Shown: in pieces, positions 1-8,890 of the stretch
Numbering within the stretch: the first letter of the stretch is position 1
How the letters are laid out: each line of letters begins with the position of its first letter
Assembly (NCBI GenBank): GCA_963713615.1
Contig: CAVQMM010000001.1
Coordinates: forward strand, 1,216,001-1,280,000
From: an uncultured Chlamydiae bacterium
GTDB taxonomy: Bacteria; Chlamydiota; Chlamydiia; Chlamydiales; JAJFMA01
Reading direction: 5' to 3'
Length of the DNA: 64,000 nt
The notes under the pieces: generated by a model
Seen by the model: the letters and a program-made list of their open reading frames with translations, nothing else
Databases searched by the model: none
What the model was told of the DNA's origin: nothing
Made by a program: the position numbers and the translations under genes

Positions 1-585
1 CAAACGTGCAAGGGCATCAGGGTAATAGCTTGCACCAATGGAATTAGCATACGCAGCAAAGAATCCAGCGGTGATAATCGTTCGCAGAACCTTACCCGAC
101 GTCCCCTCACCTAACTCTTTCTTTCCCAGGACGCGAAATAGAAATGTCAAAGCAGGGCCCTGAATAAAACCGCGGAAAACTAACTCTTCAAATACTGGAG
201 TAGCCAAACAGGTGCTGGTAAACAGGCTAGTCTTCAATGAGGAAACAGTGGTGGGTTGTCCTGGATGTTTATTAAGTTCCTCCGCTAAAAACTCTAGTGG
301 GCATGCGGAATTCACCACGGTCATTGGGTCAACTTTAGCCTCCCACGTCGTCGTAAAACCATGGATCAATTCTTTGCCCACATCGCTCACAGTCCCTGAA
401 GCAATTCCCAGGCTACGTGTTAAAGCTGCAATCCCCCATGCTAAAGGGGCTATCACTACAGTTGAACCCGCTCCGTTGGTCCAATTCCATAGCATCCCTC
501 CATGATGTGCCCGGCTTGGGGGATTTTGCGTTTGGATTATTGGATTTTGCGTCTGGATGTTTTGGGGTGCTGTAACCGTCACCAT
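1..585 (-). CDS. CPBP/Abi (CAAX protease-like) intramembrane protein, 3' end outside window
   Basis: Not in ORF track. Manual translation from ATG at 585 (AAAGGTG upstream) is open to base 1 and contains TPVFEELVFRGFIQ (EExxFRG motif) plus hydrophobic segments. Confidence 0.75.
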   Translation of the reverse strand, partial: MVTVTAPQNIQTQNPIIQTQNPPSRAHHGGMLWNWTNGAGSTVVIAPLAWGIAALTRSLGIASGTVSDVGKELIHGFTTTWEAKVDPMTVVNSACPLEFLAEELNKHPGQPTTVSSLKTSLFTSTCLATPVFEELVFRGFIQGPALTFLFRVLGKKELGEGTSGKVLRTIITAGFFAAYANSIGASYYPDALARL

Positions 586-847
586 TGTGTCACCTTTGCT
601 GGAATTTGATTTTACCCTAAGTATTGAAACAGAAACGCACAATAAAGAACAGGATTTATCGTCTACCAGGGTGAAATCGGACTTCTGAAATTACCTAATA
701 TGGACGAAGCCAAAATGCCATCAAAATTAACAACCTAACCTAAGGCCTACAATACTGTATGTACGTCAACTTTCCACGAAAAACCCCAGCAGATGCCATT
801 CGCTAAAGATAAAAAAAACATTTTTACTAGAAAGATGAAAATGGTCT

Positions 848-877
848 TTGCCTAGTCAGGCTCTAATGTGCTACATT
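848..877 (+). promoter_or_regulatory. Putative sigma70/66 promoter for oppBCDF
   Basis: TTGCCT-18bp-TACATT with TG extension upstream of oppB. Confidence 0.35.
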
Positions 878-911
878 GCTGGGCTATTAATTAGCGTACC
901 CTTAGGCATCC

Positions 912-1841
912 GTGTCTTATTTGCTGAAAAAGCTAGCGTACATCCTTGCCTCCCTTCTTGTGATCATCTCGATTACCTTCTTCTTGATGAAAGCAATTCC
1001 CGGTGATCCATTCTCCAATGAACGCGGCGTTCCTCCAGAGATTTTAGCTGCCATGCAGGAACACTACGGCTTGAATGATCCATGGTATGTTCAATATGGA
1101 CGTTACATTAAATCCATTCTGACATGGGATTTAGGTCCCTCCTTCAAATACAAAGGCCGTTCAGTCAATGCGATCATCAACGAGGGGTTCCCGATCTCTG
1201 CGGCTCTCGGCGCGGTAGCCCTGGCCATTTCTATTAGCGCTGGGGTCCTATTAGGCACAGTAGCAGCGCTTAGACAGCATCGATGGCAGGACTATCTCTG
1301 TATGCTCACTGCTGTGATAGGCATCTCAGTCCCAAGTTTTATTTTGGCCACCCTTCTACAATATGTTTTTGCCCTAAAATTGGGTTGGTTTCCAGTAGCA
1401 CGTTGGGGCAGTTGGGAACATGTTGTATTGCCCGCCCTTGCTTTAGCAGCATTGCCAACGGCTTTCATTGCGCGCTTAACACGTTCTAGTATGCTAGAGG
1501 TGATGCAGCTCGACTTCATCAAGACAGCCAAGGCCAAGGGACTATCCTATACACGTGTCGTCATCGGCCATGCACTGCGCAATGCGCTCCTTCCCACCAT
1601 AAGCTACCTAGGCCAACTCATCGTCAACATCCTGGTGGGCAGTTTTATCATCGAAAAAATCTTCGGCATTCCTGGTCTTGGCCAATGGTTTGTTACTAGC
1701 GTGTCCAACCGTGACTATACTGTCATCATGGGTACTACCGTTTTCTATAGTATCATCCTGCTGGGAGTTATGTTCTTCGTGGACATTGTTTACTCCTGGG
1801 TCGATCCTCGCATCCGTATAGGTAGGGAGGCGAGTCGCTAG
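912..1841 (+). CDS. oppB: Oligopeptide ABC transporter permease
   Basis: PGDP N-terminal motif, EAA-loop region (TAKAKGL), NRDY, DPRI. Confidence 0.93.
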   Translation: MSYLLKKLAYILASLLVIISITFFLMKAIPGDPFSNERGVPPEILAAMQEHYGLNDPWYVQYGRYIKSILTWDLGPSFKYKGRSVNAIINEGFPISAALGAVALAISISAGVLLGTVAALRQHRWQDYLCMLTAVIGISVPSFILATLLQYVFALKLGWFPVARWGSWEHVVLPALALAALPTAFIARLTRSSMLEVMQLDFIKTAKAKGLSYTRVVIGHALRNALLPTISYLGQLIVNILVGSFIIEKIFGIPGLGQWFVTSVSNRDYTVIMGTTVFYSIILLGVMFFVDIVYSWVDPRIRIGREASR

Positions 1842-1844
1842 CAG

Positions 1845-2762
1845 ATGGAAGTTCTACAAGAAGACTTATTTCGGCCCCTGGACAAGAGCCAAAAGATCCC
1901 TGACTATATAGGCCATCCCCCAACATCCTTCTGGGGAAACGTTTGGTCTCGCTTTCAACGCAACCGTATGGCGTTGATTGGTCTGACACTATTGACCTTG
2001 CTGGTTTTGATGGCCATCATCGGTCCTTTTTTGACATCTTACACCTACTACGCCACCGATCTAGCCAATAACAACGAGGCCCCTTCTGGGGCACATTGGT
2101 TCGGTACGGATGATCTGGGACGCGATATGTTCACACGTACGTGGTATGGTGCACGTATTTCGCTATTTGTTGGGGTAACGGCAGCATTAGTTGACCTTGT
2201 CGTCGGGGTTATCTGGGGTGGAGTAGCGGCCCTTACTGGCCGTCGCACCGATGAGATCATGATGCGTATTGCCGACATCCTCTATAGCCTTCCCTACATG
2301 CTAACTGTCATTATGTTAATGGTTGTGCTGGGATCCGGACTCATTCCTATCATTATTGCTATGACGATCATTGGTTGGATCCCTATGGCACGTATTGTCA
2401 GAGGGCAGATCCTTCAGCTCCGTGAGCTTGAGTACGTGCAGGCTGCCAGAGCTTTAGGGGCGGGCTTTTGGCGTATCCTTTTCCGTCATCTCATCCCGAA
2501 TGCCATGGGGCCCATCATCGTCATGGTAACTCTCACAGTGCCAGCGGCAATTTTTACGGAGGCATTCTTGAGTTTTCTGGGGTTGGGTATTCAAGCTCCC
2601 GTAGCCAGCTGGGGTACGATGGCGGCTGATGGACTCCCTGCGATGAAATACTATCCCTGGCGAATTTTCTTTCCTGCAGCTTTCATCTCTCTAACGATGT
2701 TTGCCTTTAACCTGGTCGGTGATGGTTTGCGCGATGCGCTAGACCCCCGCCAACAACGGTAG
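1845..2762 (+). CDS. oppC: Oligopeptide ABC transporter permease
   Basis: HWFGTDDLGRD, EYVQAARALGA, GDGLRDALDP. Confidence 0.93.
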   Translation: MEVLQEDLFRPLDKSQKIPDYIGHPPTSFWGNVWSRFQRNRMALIGLTLLTLLVLMAIIGPFLTSYTYYATDLANNNEAPSGAHWFGTDDLGRDMFTRTWYGARISLFVGVTAALVDLVVGVIWGGVAALTGRRTDEIMMRIADILYSLPYMLTVIMLMVVLGSGLIPIIIAMTIIGWIPMARIVRGQILQLRELEYVQAARALGAGFWRILFRHLIPNAMGPIIVMVTLTVPAAIFTEAFLSFLGLGIQAPVASWGTMAADGLPAMKYYPWRIFFPAAFISLTMFAFNLVGDGLRDALDPRQQR

Positions 2763-2774
2763 GAGAGTAAGTTC

Positions 2775-3812
2775 GTGAGCGACCCGAGTACCTTGTTAAA
2801 AGTGAAGGACCTTCGCGTCAGTTTTGATACGCATGCTGGCACCATCCAGGCGGTCCGTGGAGTCAGCTTTCAGATTCGACCTGGCGAGGTTGTCGGCCTC
2901 GTTGGAGAATCGGGATGCGGTAAGTCTGTCACAGCTCACAGCATCCTGCGGCTCATCAACTCTCCTCCTGGACATATCGACAATGGGGAAATATGGTTTG
3001 ATGACCAGAATTTGCTCAAGAAGAGCGAACGCGAGATGCGGGACATTCGTGGTAACAAGATCGGCATTATCTTCCAAGACCCCATGACCTCCCTTAACCC
3101 CACTATGCGTGTTGGTAAACAGCTTGTGGAAGGGATTCTTCGCCATAAAGCCGTCTCGCGCGGTGAAGCAAAGCGGCTAGCTATCGAAATGCTGGAGACG
3201 GTAGGCATTCCTCATGCAGCTCAGCGGTTTGACCAATATCCACACGAATTCAGCGGCGGCATGCGTCAAAGAGTCATGATAGCCATTGCTCTAGCCTGCG
3301 ATCCCTCGTTGTTGATCGCGGATGAACCCACCACTGCCTTAGATGTCACCATTCAGGCACAGATCCTGGAGCTGATGAAGCTCCTCAAAGATGAGCGCGG
3401 GATGAGCATCTTGCTGATCACTCATGACCTCGGTGTTGTTGCAGGTTTGTGCGACCGCATCATCGTGATGTATGCCGGTGAAGTCATGGAAACAGGTACG
3501 GTGGAGCAGATATTTTATGATCCCCAGCATCCCTACACCAAAGCGCTATTAGAGGCAATTCCTCGCCTAGGTAGTAGCCATGGACAAAAGCTTGTGCCTA
3601 TTTATGGAGCCCCGCCCAGCTTACTGCATCCGCCACGTGGATGCCCATTTACAGATCGCTGTCGCTGGGCAATGGATGTTTGTCGCCGCCACCGTCCTGA
3701 TCTAGAGGACTATGGCGAGGATCACCACGGAGCCTGCTGGCTTCATCATCCTCATGCGGCGGAAAGACTGCGGGAGTTCAATAACAAGCAAACGGTTCGA
3801 ACCCATGAATGA
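2775..3812 (+). CDS. oppD: Oligopeptide ABC transporter ATPase
   Basis: GESGCGKS, FSGGMRQR, DEPTTALD, HPY and Cys-rich C-terminus. Confidence 0.93.
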   Translation: MSDPSTLLKVKDLRVSFDTHAGTIQAVRGVSFQIRPGEVVGLVGESGCGKSVTAHSILRLINSPPGHIDNGEIWFDDQNLLKKSEREMRDIRGNKIGIIFQDPMTSLNPTMRVGKQLVEGILRHKAVSRGEAKRLAIEMLETVGIPHAAQRFDQYPHEFSGGMRQRVMIAIALACDPSLLIADEPTTALDVTIQAQILELMKLLKDERGMSILLITHDLGVVAGLCDRIIVMYAGEVMETGTVEQIFYDPQHPYTKALLEAIPRLGSSHGQKLVPIYGAPPSLLHPPRGCPFTDRCRWAMDVCRRHRPDLEDYGEDHHGACWLHHPHAAERLREFNNKQTVRTHE

Positions 3813-4779
3813 CAGAGATTCCCAGCGCCCGCTGATGGAAATTCGGGAGCTTAGCAAACACTTTGAGATTGGCAAAGCTTCTCTAATTGCTGTTAACAAG
3901 CTAAATCTCAATATTTGGGCCGGAGAAACCCTCGGGCTCGTGGGCGAAAGTGGTTGTGGCAAATCAACGGTTGGCAAAACGCTATTACGGCTTCATGAAC
4001 CAACCTCAGGACAGATCATTTTTGATGGAACAGACATTGCCACCTTAGGCAAGACCGAAATGCTGCAATTGCGCCGTCGTTTGCAGGTCATCTTCCAGGA
4101 TCCGTATGCCTCGCTGAACCCACGTATGACCATCGAAGAGATCATTGGAGAGCCTTTAGATATCCACCAGCTGGCTGTTGGGGCTGACCGACGTGCTCGC
4201 ATTATCGACCTCTTGGGCCTTGTAGGCCTCTCCAAGCATCATCTCAGCCGTTACCCTCATGAATTTAGCGGCGGTCAGCGCCAACGTATCGGCATCGCTA
4301 GAGCCCTGGCTGTAGAGCCGGAGTTTATCGTCTGTGATGAGCCGCTGTCGGCTCTGGACGTCTCCGTTCAAGCTCAGGTCGTTAACTTGCTTAAGGACTT
4401 GCAGCAACGCTTAAACCTAACTTACCTGTTTATCGCTCATGATCTTTCTATGGTGGAATATCTATCGCATCGTGTAGCGGTGATGTACCTGGGAAACCTC
4501 GTCGAGTTGGCCCCCAAAGAGGCTTTGTTCGTTGCGCCTAAACACCCCTATACCAAAGCTCTCTTGTCTTCAATCCCGATTCCCGATCCTCAACAAGAAC
4601 GTCGCCGCTCCAGAGTCGTGTTGACAGGAGAGGTGCCCAGCCCCCTAAAGCCTCCTAGTGGATGCGTTTTTCGTACTCGTTGTCCGATGGTCATGCCTAT
4701 CTGCAGCCGAGTGATCCCAAAATGGCAAAAAATCGGCGAAGATCATCACGTCGCGTGCCATCTCTACAACCCAGCTTAG
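3805..4779 (+). CDS. oppF: Oligopeptide ABC transporter ATPase
   Basis: GESGCGKS, FSGGQRQR, DEPLSALD; start moved to ATG 3805 overlapping the oppD stop. Confidence 0.92.
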   Translation: MNDRDSQRPLMEIRELSKHFEIGKASLIAVNKLNLNIWAGETLGLVGESGCGKSTVGKTLLRLHEPTSGQIIFDGTDIATLGKTEMLQLRRRLQVIFQDPYASLNPRMTIEEIIGEPLDIHQLAVGADRRARIIDLLGLVGLSKHHLSRYPHEFSGGQRQRIGIARALAVEPEFIVCDEPLSALDVSVQAQVVNLLKDLQQRLNLTYLFIAHDLSMVEYLSHRVAVMYLGNLVELAPKEALFVAPKHPYTKALLSSIPIPDPQQERRRSRVVLTGEVPSPLKPPSGCVFRTRCPMVMPICSRVIPKWQKIGEDHHVACHLYNPA

Positions 4780-5132
4780 CTCTTTTTATTGTCATCGACA
4801 TCAAAATGAAACTGATGAAAGAAGCGATGCAAAATCGGGGCCAACACGACACCCACTGTGATGATGAGTGCGAGCCCGCTGTAGAGCGCATAAGAACCGG
4901 CGAAGAACTTACCCCACCAAGTGTGGAGTTCGCCTGTAGGGCCCATGCCCGATAGAATCATAGAGGCTTCCAGGTAGGAGTCGATCCAAGGCATACCCTC
5001 GATGGAGTGGTAGCCCCACATACCGCCTGCAAGCGATAGGGAAATAATTGTGAATGCCAAAGCAAGACTACGCATTAAACGTATTCTAAAACGATTACGA
5101 GCAAGCGGAGGCTGTGTCTTTTTCTCAAACAT
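4776..5132 (-). CDS. Small 2-TM membrane protein with potassium-channel-like pore topology
   Basis: TM-GYHSIEGMPWIDSYLEASMILSGMGP-TM layout; start at MFEKK (5132) because the upstream ORF extension runs through a repeat. Confidence 0.65.
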   Translation of the reverse strand: MFEKKTQPPLARNRFRIRLMRSLALAFTIISLSLAGGMWGYHSIEGMPWIDSYLEASMILSGMGPTGELHTWWGKFFAGSYALYSGLALIITVGVVLAPILHRFFHQFHFDVDDNKKS

Positions 5133-5199
5133 ACGCTTTTTGTAGCAGATACCTCTCTTTGTGGCAAGGGGGTAACCATGGCACAAAATGGACCTTAAC

Positions 5200-5353
5200 T
5201 CATCCGGTTTTGTAGGACTTGACTCCAAAGAAGAGGAGGGGATTGAGGAATTTTTCCACAGAAGCACTGCTCTATCTCGCGATCTGTGGTGAAAATCCAA
5301 ACTTCTAATTCGTCCTCACACTCTCTGTGGGCAAGTCCTACAAAACCGGATGA
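5200..5353. mobile_element. MITE-like element with TCATCCGGTTTTGTAGGACTTG terminal inverted repeats
   Basis: 22-bp perfect IR at both ends; related degenerate copy at 35171-35309. Confidence 0.7.
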
Positions 5354-5406
5354 ACAGAAGAAAGCACTGTAGAGAAAAAAATCCGTGCAGCCTATCATGA
5401 TGTCTT

Positions 5407-6591
5407 ATGAAAAAATATGCTGCTCTTGTCACACTTCTCGTCTGGCTGGTGGCCACTCACCTGGGGGCCATTCAAACGCCTCTGCTGTTTGTCTTATATG
5501 ACGCAGGCGAAACACACGGCCTCGCCCCTGTGATGCAGCACCTCGATGCCAAAGGATCCGACTTTCGCGTCCTCGTGATGGGCACCGCTCGCGATCAAGT
5601 ACCTCACCTCAATCTCTTCCATAGCAAAATTATCGATCTCAATGACCTTGCTGTTGCTAGCGATGTTGACCGCGTGAAATGGCAGCGTGGTCAGACCTTG
5701 CCTCCCGAAGATCTTGCCCTGATCAACAAACATATCTTTGCAGATATCGTCATGACCGGAGTCGCATCAGTGGCGCAACAACAAATTGCGACAACCCTTA
5801 AGACTAAAGGCAGCGAAGTCCTCGCCTTCTATGACAACCTGGCCTTTCCCCTAAACCGTCATCCTCATCGCGAAGTTATTGCTCCCTTCCAAGACATCGT
5901 AGACCTCATGTTAGTGCCCTCTTCTACTATAGCAGCCTCATTTTCATGCTCTACGGCCATTGTCGGACAGCCATCGTTAGAAACTTGGACCCAAAAGCTG
6001 TCCGCGATTAATGTCAGCCAGGTTAAACAGACCCTAAAATTCAGTCACAAGCCGCTAATGGTTTATTGTGGGGGCTATGATGGCACCTACCCCGAAGCTT
6101 TTGCCGTGTTTGCCGATTGCATTAAGGGTCTAGACAGCTGGCAAGTAGCCATTCAACTACATCCTAAAGCTGATGGTGAAATGGAACAGCAAATCCTCCG
6201 AGACAAAGGTATTGAAGGGGTACGCATTTTCAAGGACTATCCGGGTACAACCGCGCTCGTCGCTGCCGCCGACCTAGTCGTCTGCCAACACTCGACTACA
6301 GGCATCCAAGCCCTATTGGCAGGCAAAAGTGTTATTCATGTAGATTTACCTAGTTCAACATTTTCCTACTTCGCCATCGACAAAGGCCTGGCAATGCTTG
6401 CTACGAATCGTACAGCCTTTCAGATGGCCCTAGGACGCGCACTACAGGCTACTAATAAAGACAACGCAGCACTCTACCGCGCTGCAGGCATCCCTCGTGA
6501 TAGCACTGACCGTGTTCTTCAAGTGGTCAATCGTTATTTACCAAAGACGATTCAACCAACAAGATCCTTCTTCCACTCTTCAGGCATGTAG
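5407..6591 (+). CDS. Exported hypothetical protein, possible GT-B glycosyltransferase-like fold
   Basis: Signal-peptide-like N-terminus; LHPK and ADLVVCQHSTTGIQALLAGKSVI resemble a GT-B C-terminal nucleotide-binding domain. Confidence 0.55.
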   Translation: MKKYAALVTLLVWLVATHLGAIQTPLLFVLYDAGETHGLAPVMQHLDAKGSDFRVLVMGTARDQVPHLNLFHSKIIDLNDLAVASDVDRVKWQRGQTLPPEDLALINKHIFADIVMTGVASVAQQQIATTLKTKGSEVLAFYDNLAFPLNRHPHREVIAPFQDIVDLMLVPSSTIAASFSCSTAIVGQPSLETWTQKLSAINVSQVKQTLKFSHKPLMVYCGGYDGTYPEAFAVFADCIKGLDSWQVAIQLHPKADGEMEQQILRDKGIEGVRIFKDYPGTTALVAAADLVVCQHSTTGIQALLAGKSVIHVDLPSSTFSYFAIDKGLAMLATNRTAFQMALGRALQATNKDNAALYRAAGIPRDSTDRVLQVVNRYLPKTIQPTRSFFHSSGM

Positions 6592-7547
6592 GTGCGCCCT
6601 TCAATAGCCGCAATGCGCTTTTCAAGAGGTGGATGGGTGGCGAAAAGCCCTCCCCAAAAGGAGGGGTGATCAAAATACATGTGTGAATAGGCCATACCTT
6701 CCTTGGGCATGTCCTGCACTTGCTTACCTTCTATCTTGCGCAATGCATTTGCTATACCACTAGGATTTCGCGTGAACTGCACTGCACAAGCATCGGCAAG
6801 ATACTCGCGTTCACGGCTTACCATCGCTCGCAATACCGACCCAAAGAACCAGGTGATCCCTCCCGCGATCATCATCACAAACACAGCGATGACAATGGGA
6901 TTACCATTCTTATTATCATTATCGCTGCGTCGCCCACCGCCAAACCAAGCCATATTGGCCAGTATCCTGAATGCGATATAGAGAATGATAAAAAAACCCA
7001 TCAGCATAGCAGCCAGCTGAAGACTGATCCTCATATCCCCATTGTAAACGTGCCCGAACTCATGTGCGATCACTCCTTGAAGCTCATCACGATTCAGTTG
7101 CATTAATGACCCGGTGGTCACTGTGATGGCAGCTTTCTCTTTAGTAAGACCCGCAGCAAAGGCGTTGATTTCATCAGCTTTCAGTAGATACACTGGCGGG
7201 GAAGGCAATCCCGCTGCCAAGGCCATTTCTTCGACAATGTTTAAGAGCTGCCGCTCCCTCGGATCGGTCGTATTTACATCGACGCGACGGGCTCCTACAG
7301 ACTCCGCCACGTACGAGCCCCCATACGCCCGGTAGCAGCCATAATAAAAAAAGGCCACCGCAAACGTAATAATGACAAATAATGTCCCAACAAGCGGAAA
7401 GCCGTCTTGATAGTCAGGACCGGCCACTTCTTCCATCAAGATTTCCGCGAGGACGCCTACAAAGAGTGTCATGAGGATGAAGGCGGTAAGATAGACCTTC
7501 GTCCTGGAGCGCGCCTTACGTTGCGCTTCCCAGAAATTCATGGCCAT
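6552..7547 (-). CDS. htpX: M48 family zinc metalloprotease (HtpX-like)
   Basis: INAFAAG, HEFGH, SREREYLAD, ATHPP..RI motifs; downstream of lemA. Confidence 0.88.
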   Translation of the reverse strand: MAMNFWEAQRKARSRTKVYLTAFILMTLFVGVLAEILMEEVAGPDYQDGFPLVGTLFVIITFAVAFFYYGCYRAYGGSYVAESVGARRVDVNTTDPRERQLLNIVEEMALAAGLPSPPVYLLKADEINAFAAGLTKEKAAITVTTGSLMQLNRDELQGVIAHEFGHVYNGDMRISLQLAAMLMGFFIILYIAFRILANMAWFGGGRRSDNDNKNGNPIVIAVFVMMIAGGITWFFGSVLRAMVSREREYLADACAVQFTRNPSGIANALRKIEGKQVQDMPKEGMAYSHMYFDHPSFWGGLFATHPPLEKRIAAIEGRTYMPEEWKKDLVG

Positions 7548-7559
7548 GTTGTTAGCCTC

Positions 7560-8159
7560 TTACGAAGTAAATGAAACCTTTACAGCATTGCGTGCATTGG
7601 GTTCTTGCACCTCGAACAGCTCCGTCGGATGGTGCCCAAAAGCCGCAGCCACCAAGACAGCTGGAAACACCTGTTGAGCGTTATTGTACTCTAGAACCAT
7701 ATCGTTATACGCTTGCCTAGAGAAAGCTACTTTATTTTCTGTGCTCGCCAGCTCTTCTTGTAACTGCTGCATGTTCTCACTAGCGCGAAGTTGAGGATAA
7801 TTCTCTGCCACAGCAAAGAAGTTCATCATGCTGCTTTTGAGATTTTGCTCTGCACCCATCAACCCCTTAATGGATTCATTAGTCGGTCCTCCCCCCTTGG
7901 CCACCTGCTCCCGTGCCGATGCCGCAACATTGCGTGCATTAGTGACGGCCTCCAGCGTTCCTCTCTCATGCGCCATATAACCCTTCACCGCCTCAACGAG
8001 GTTCGGAATTAAGTCATACCGACGTTGCAGCTGGACATCGATCTGTCCCCAAGCATTCTTGACCTGGTTGCGTAAACGCACCAAATTGTTGAAAACTCCC
8101 ATCAACCACAGGGCACCAATCACCACAATGGCTAGCAACACCAATAATGTAATACCCAT
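7560..8159 (-). CDS. lemA: LemA family protein
   Basis: NAWGQIDVQLQRRYDLIPNLVE, AENYPQLRA, ENKVAFSRQAYN; start at MGITL. Confidence 0.93.
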   Translation of the reverse strand: MGITLLVLLAIVVIGALWLMGVFNNLVRLRNQVKNAWGQIDVQLQRRYDLIPNLVEAVKGYMAHERGTLEAVTNARNVAASAREQVAKGGGPTNESIKGLMGAEQNLKSSMMNFFAVAENYPQLRASENMQQLQEELASTENKVAFSRQAYNDMVLEYNNAQQVFPAVLVAAAFGHHPTELFEVQEPNARNAVKVSFTS

Positions 8160-8286
8160 CTTTACCCCCTGCCCTAAGCGAATTCCTACCCGGCCAATGC
8201 CCGGCTTATGCATTCTCTTTTATCGGCATACTACCACACTCGGTCATAAATTTGGAATTTGGACCGCGCCAAAGCCCATACGCGTT

Positions 8287-8733
8287 ATTTTCACCGCCGA
8301 GACGCATAGAAGCTCGTGGGGCTTTTTTAGGATTTTTACCGCCGAGGCGCCGAGACACCGAGATAGGAAAGAGAGGAAGAGGAAAGAATGTGCCGTTTGT
8401 GTGTCCTTGGGCAAAATTCTGCCCAAGGGCCTCTTGAAGGGTTAGCGTTTTGGTAAAGCCCTTAGACAGCTTTTTGCCCAAGGACACACAAACGGCACAG
8501 GTGCTCAATCTAACTTTTTTGAGGATCTGTTCAATTACTGCCGACTCTGGACAAAGTCCTGTCTAAGGGCACTACAGAATCGTATTCCTGCGGGAACCCT
8601 TAGACTGGATTTTGTCCAGAGTCGGTAGCAACTGAACATTCTTTCCTCTTTCCTATCTCGGTGTCTCGGCGTCTCGGCGGTAAAAATCCTAAAAAAGCCC
8701 CACGAGCTTCTATGCGCCTCGGCGGTGAAAATT
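8287..8733. repeat. Nested inverted-repeat structure: ~100-bp outer arms enclosing two TGT...ACA-ended hairpin elements (8389-8499, 8528-8638)
   Basis: Arms ttttcaccgccgagacgcatagaagctcgtgggg... and its reverse complement; each inner element has long terminal IRs. Confidence 0.85.
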
Positions 8734-8890
8734 CCTAATTCTCTTAGCTTAATGCATATGCGCCAAAGCCCCGGGATTCAAAGATCGCAAACGGGCCCTA
8801 ATTTACTACATAATTAAACAATTAAATTAATTTATAGTATAATTAATTTGTATAATAACCATTTGTTTAGTTAATTATTTATAGGTGCTT

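Noticed and set aside
212..505. 97-aa plus-strand ORF
   Set aside because: Shadow of the minus-strand CPBP-like gene.
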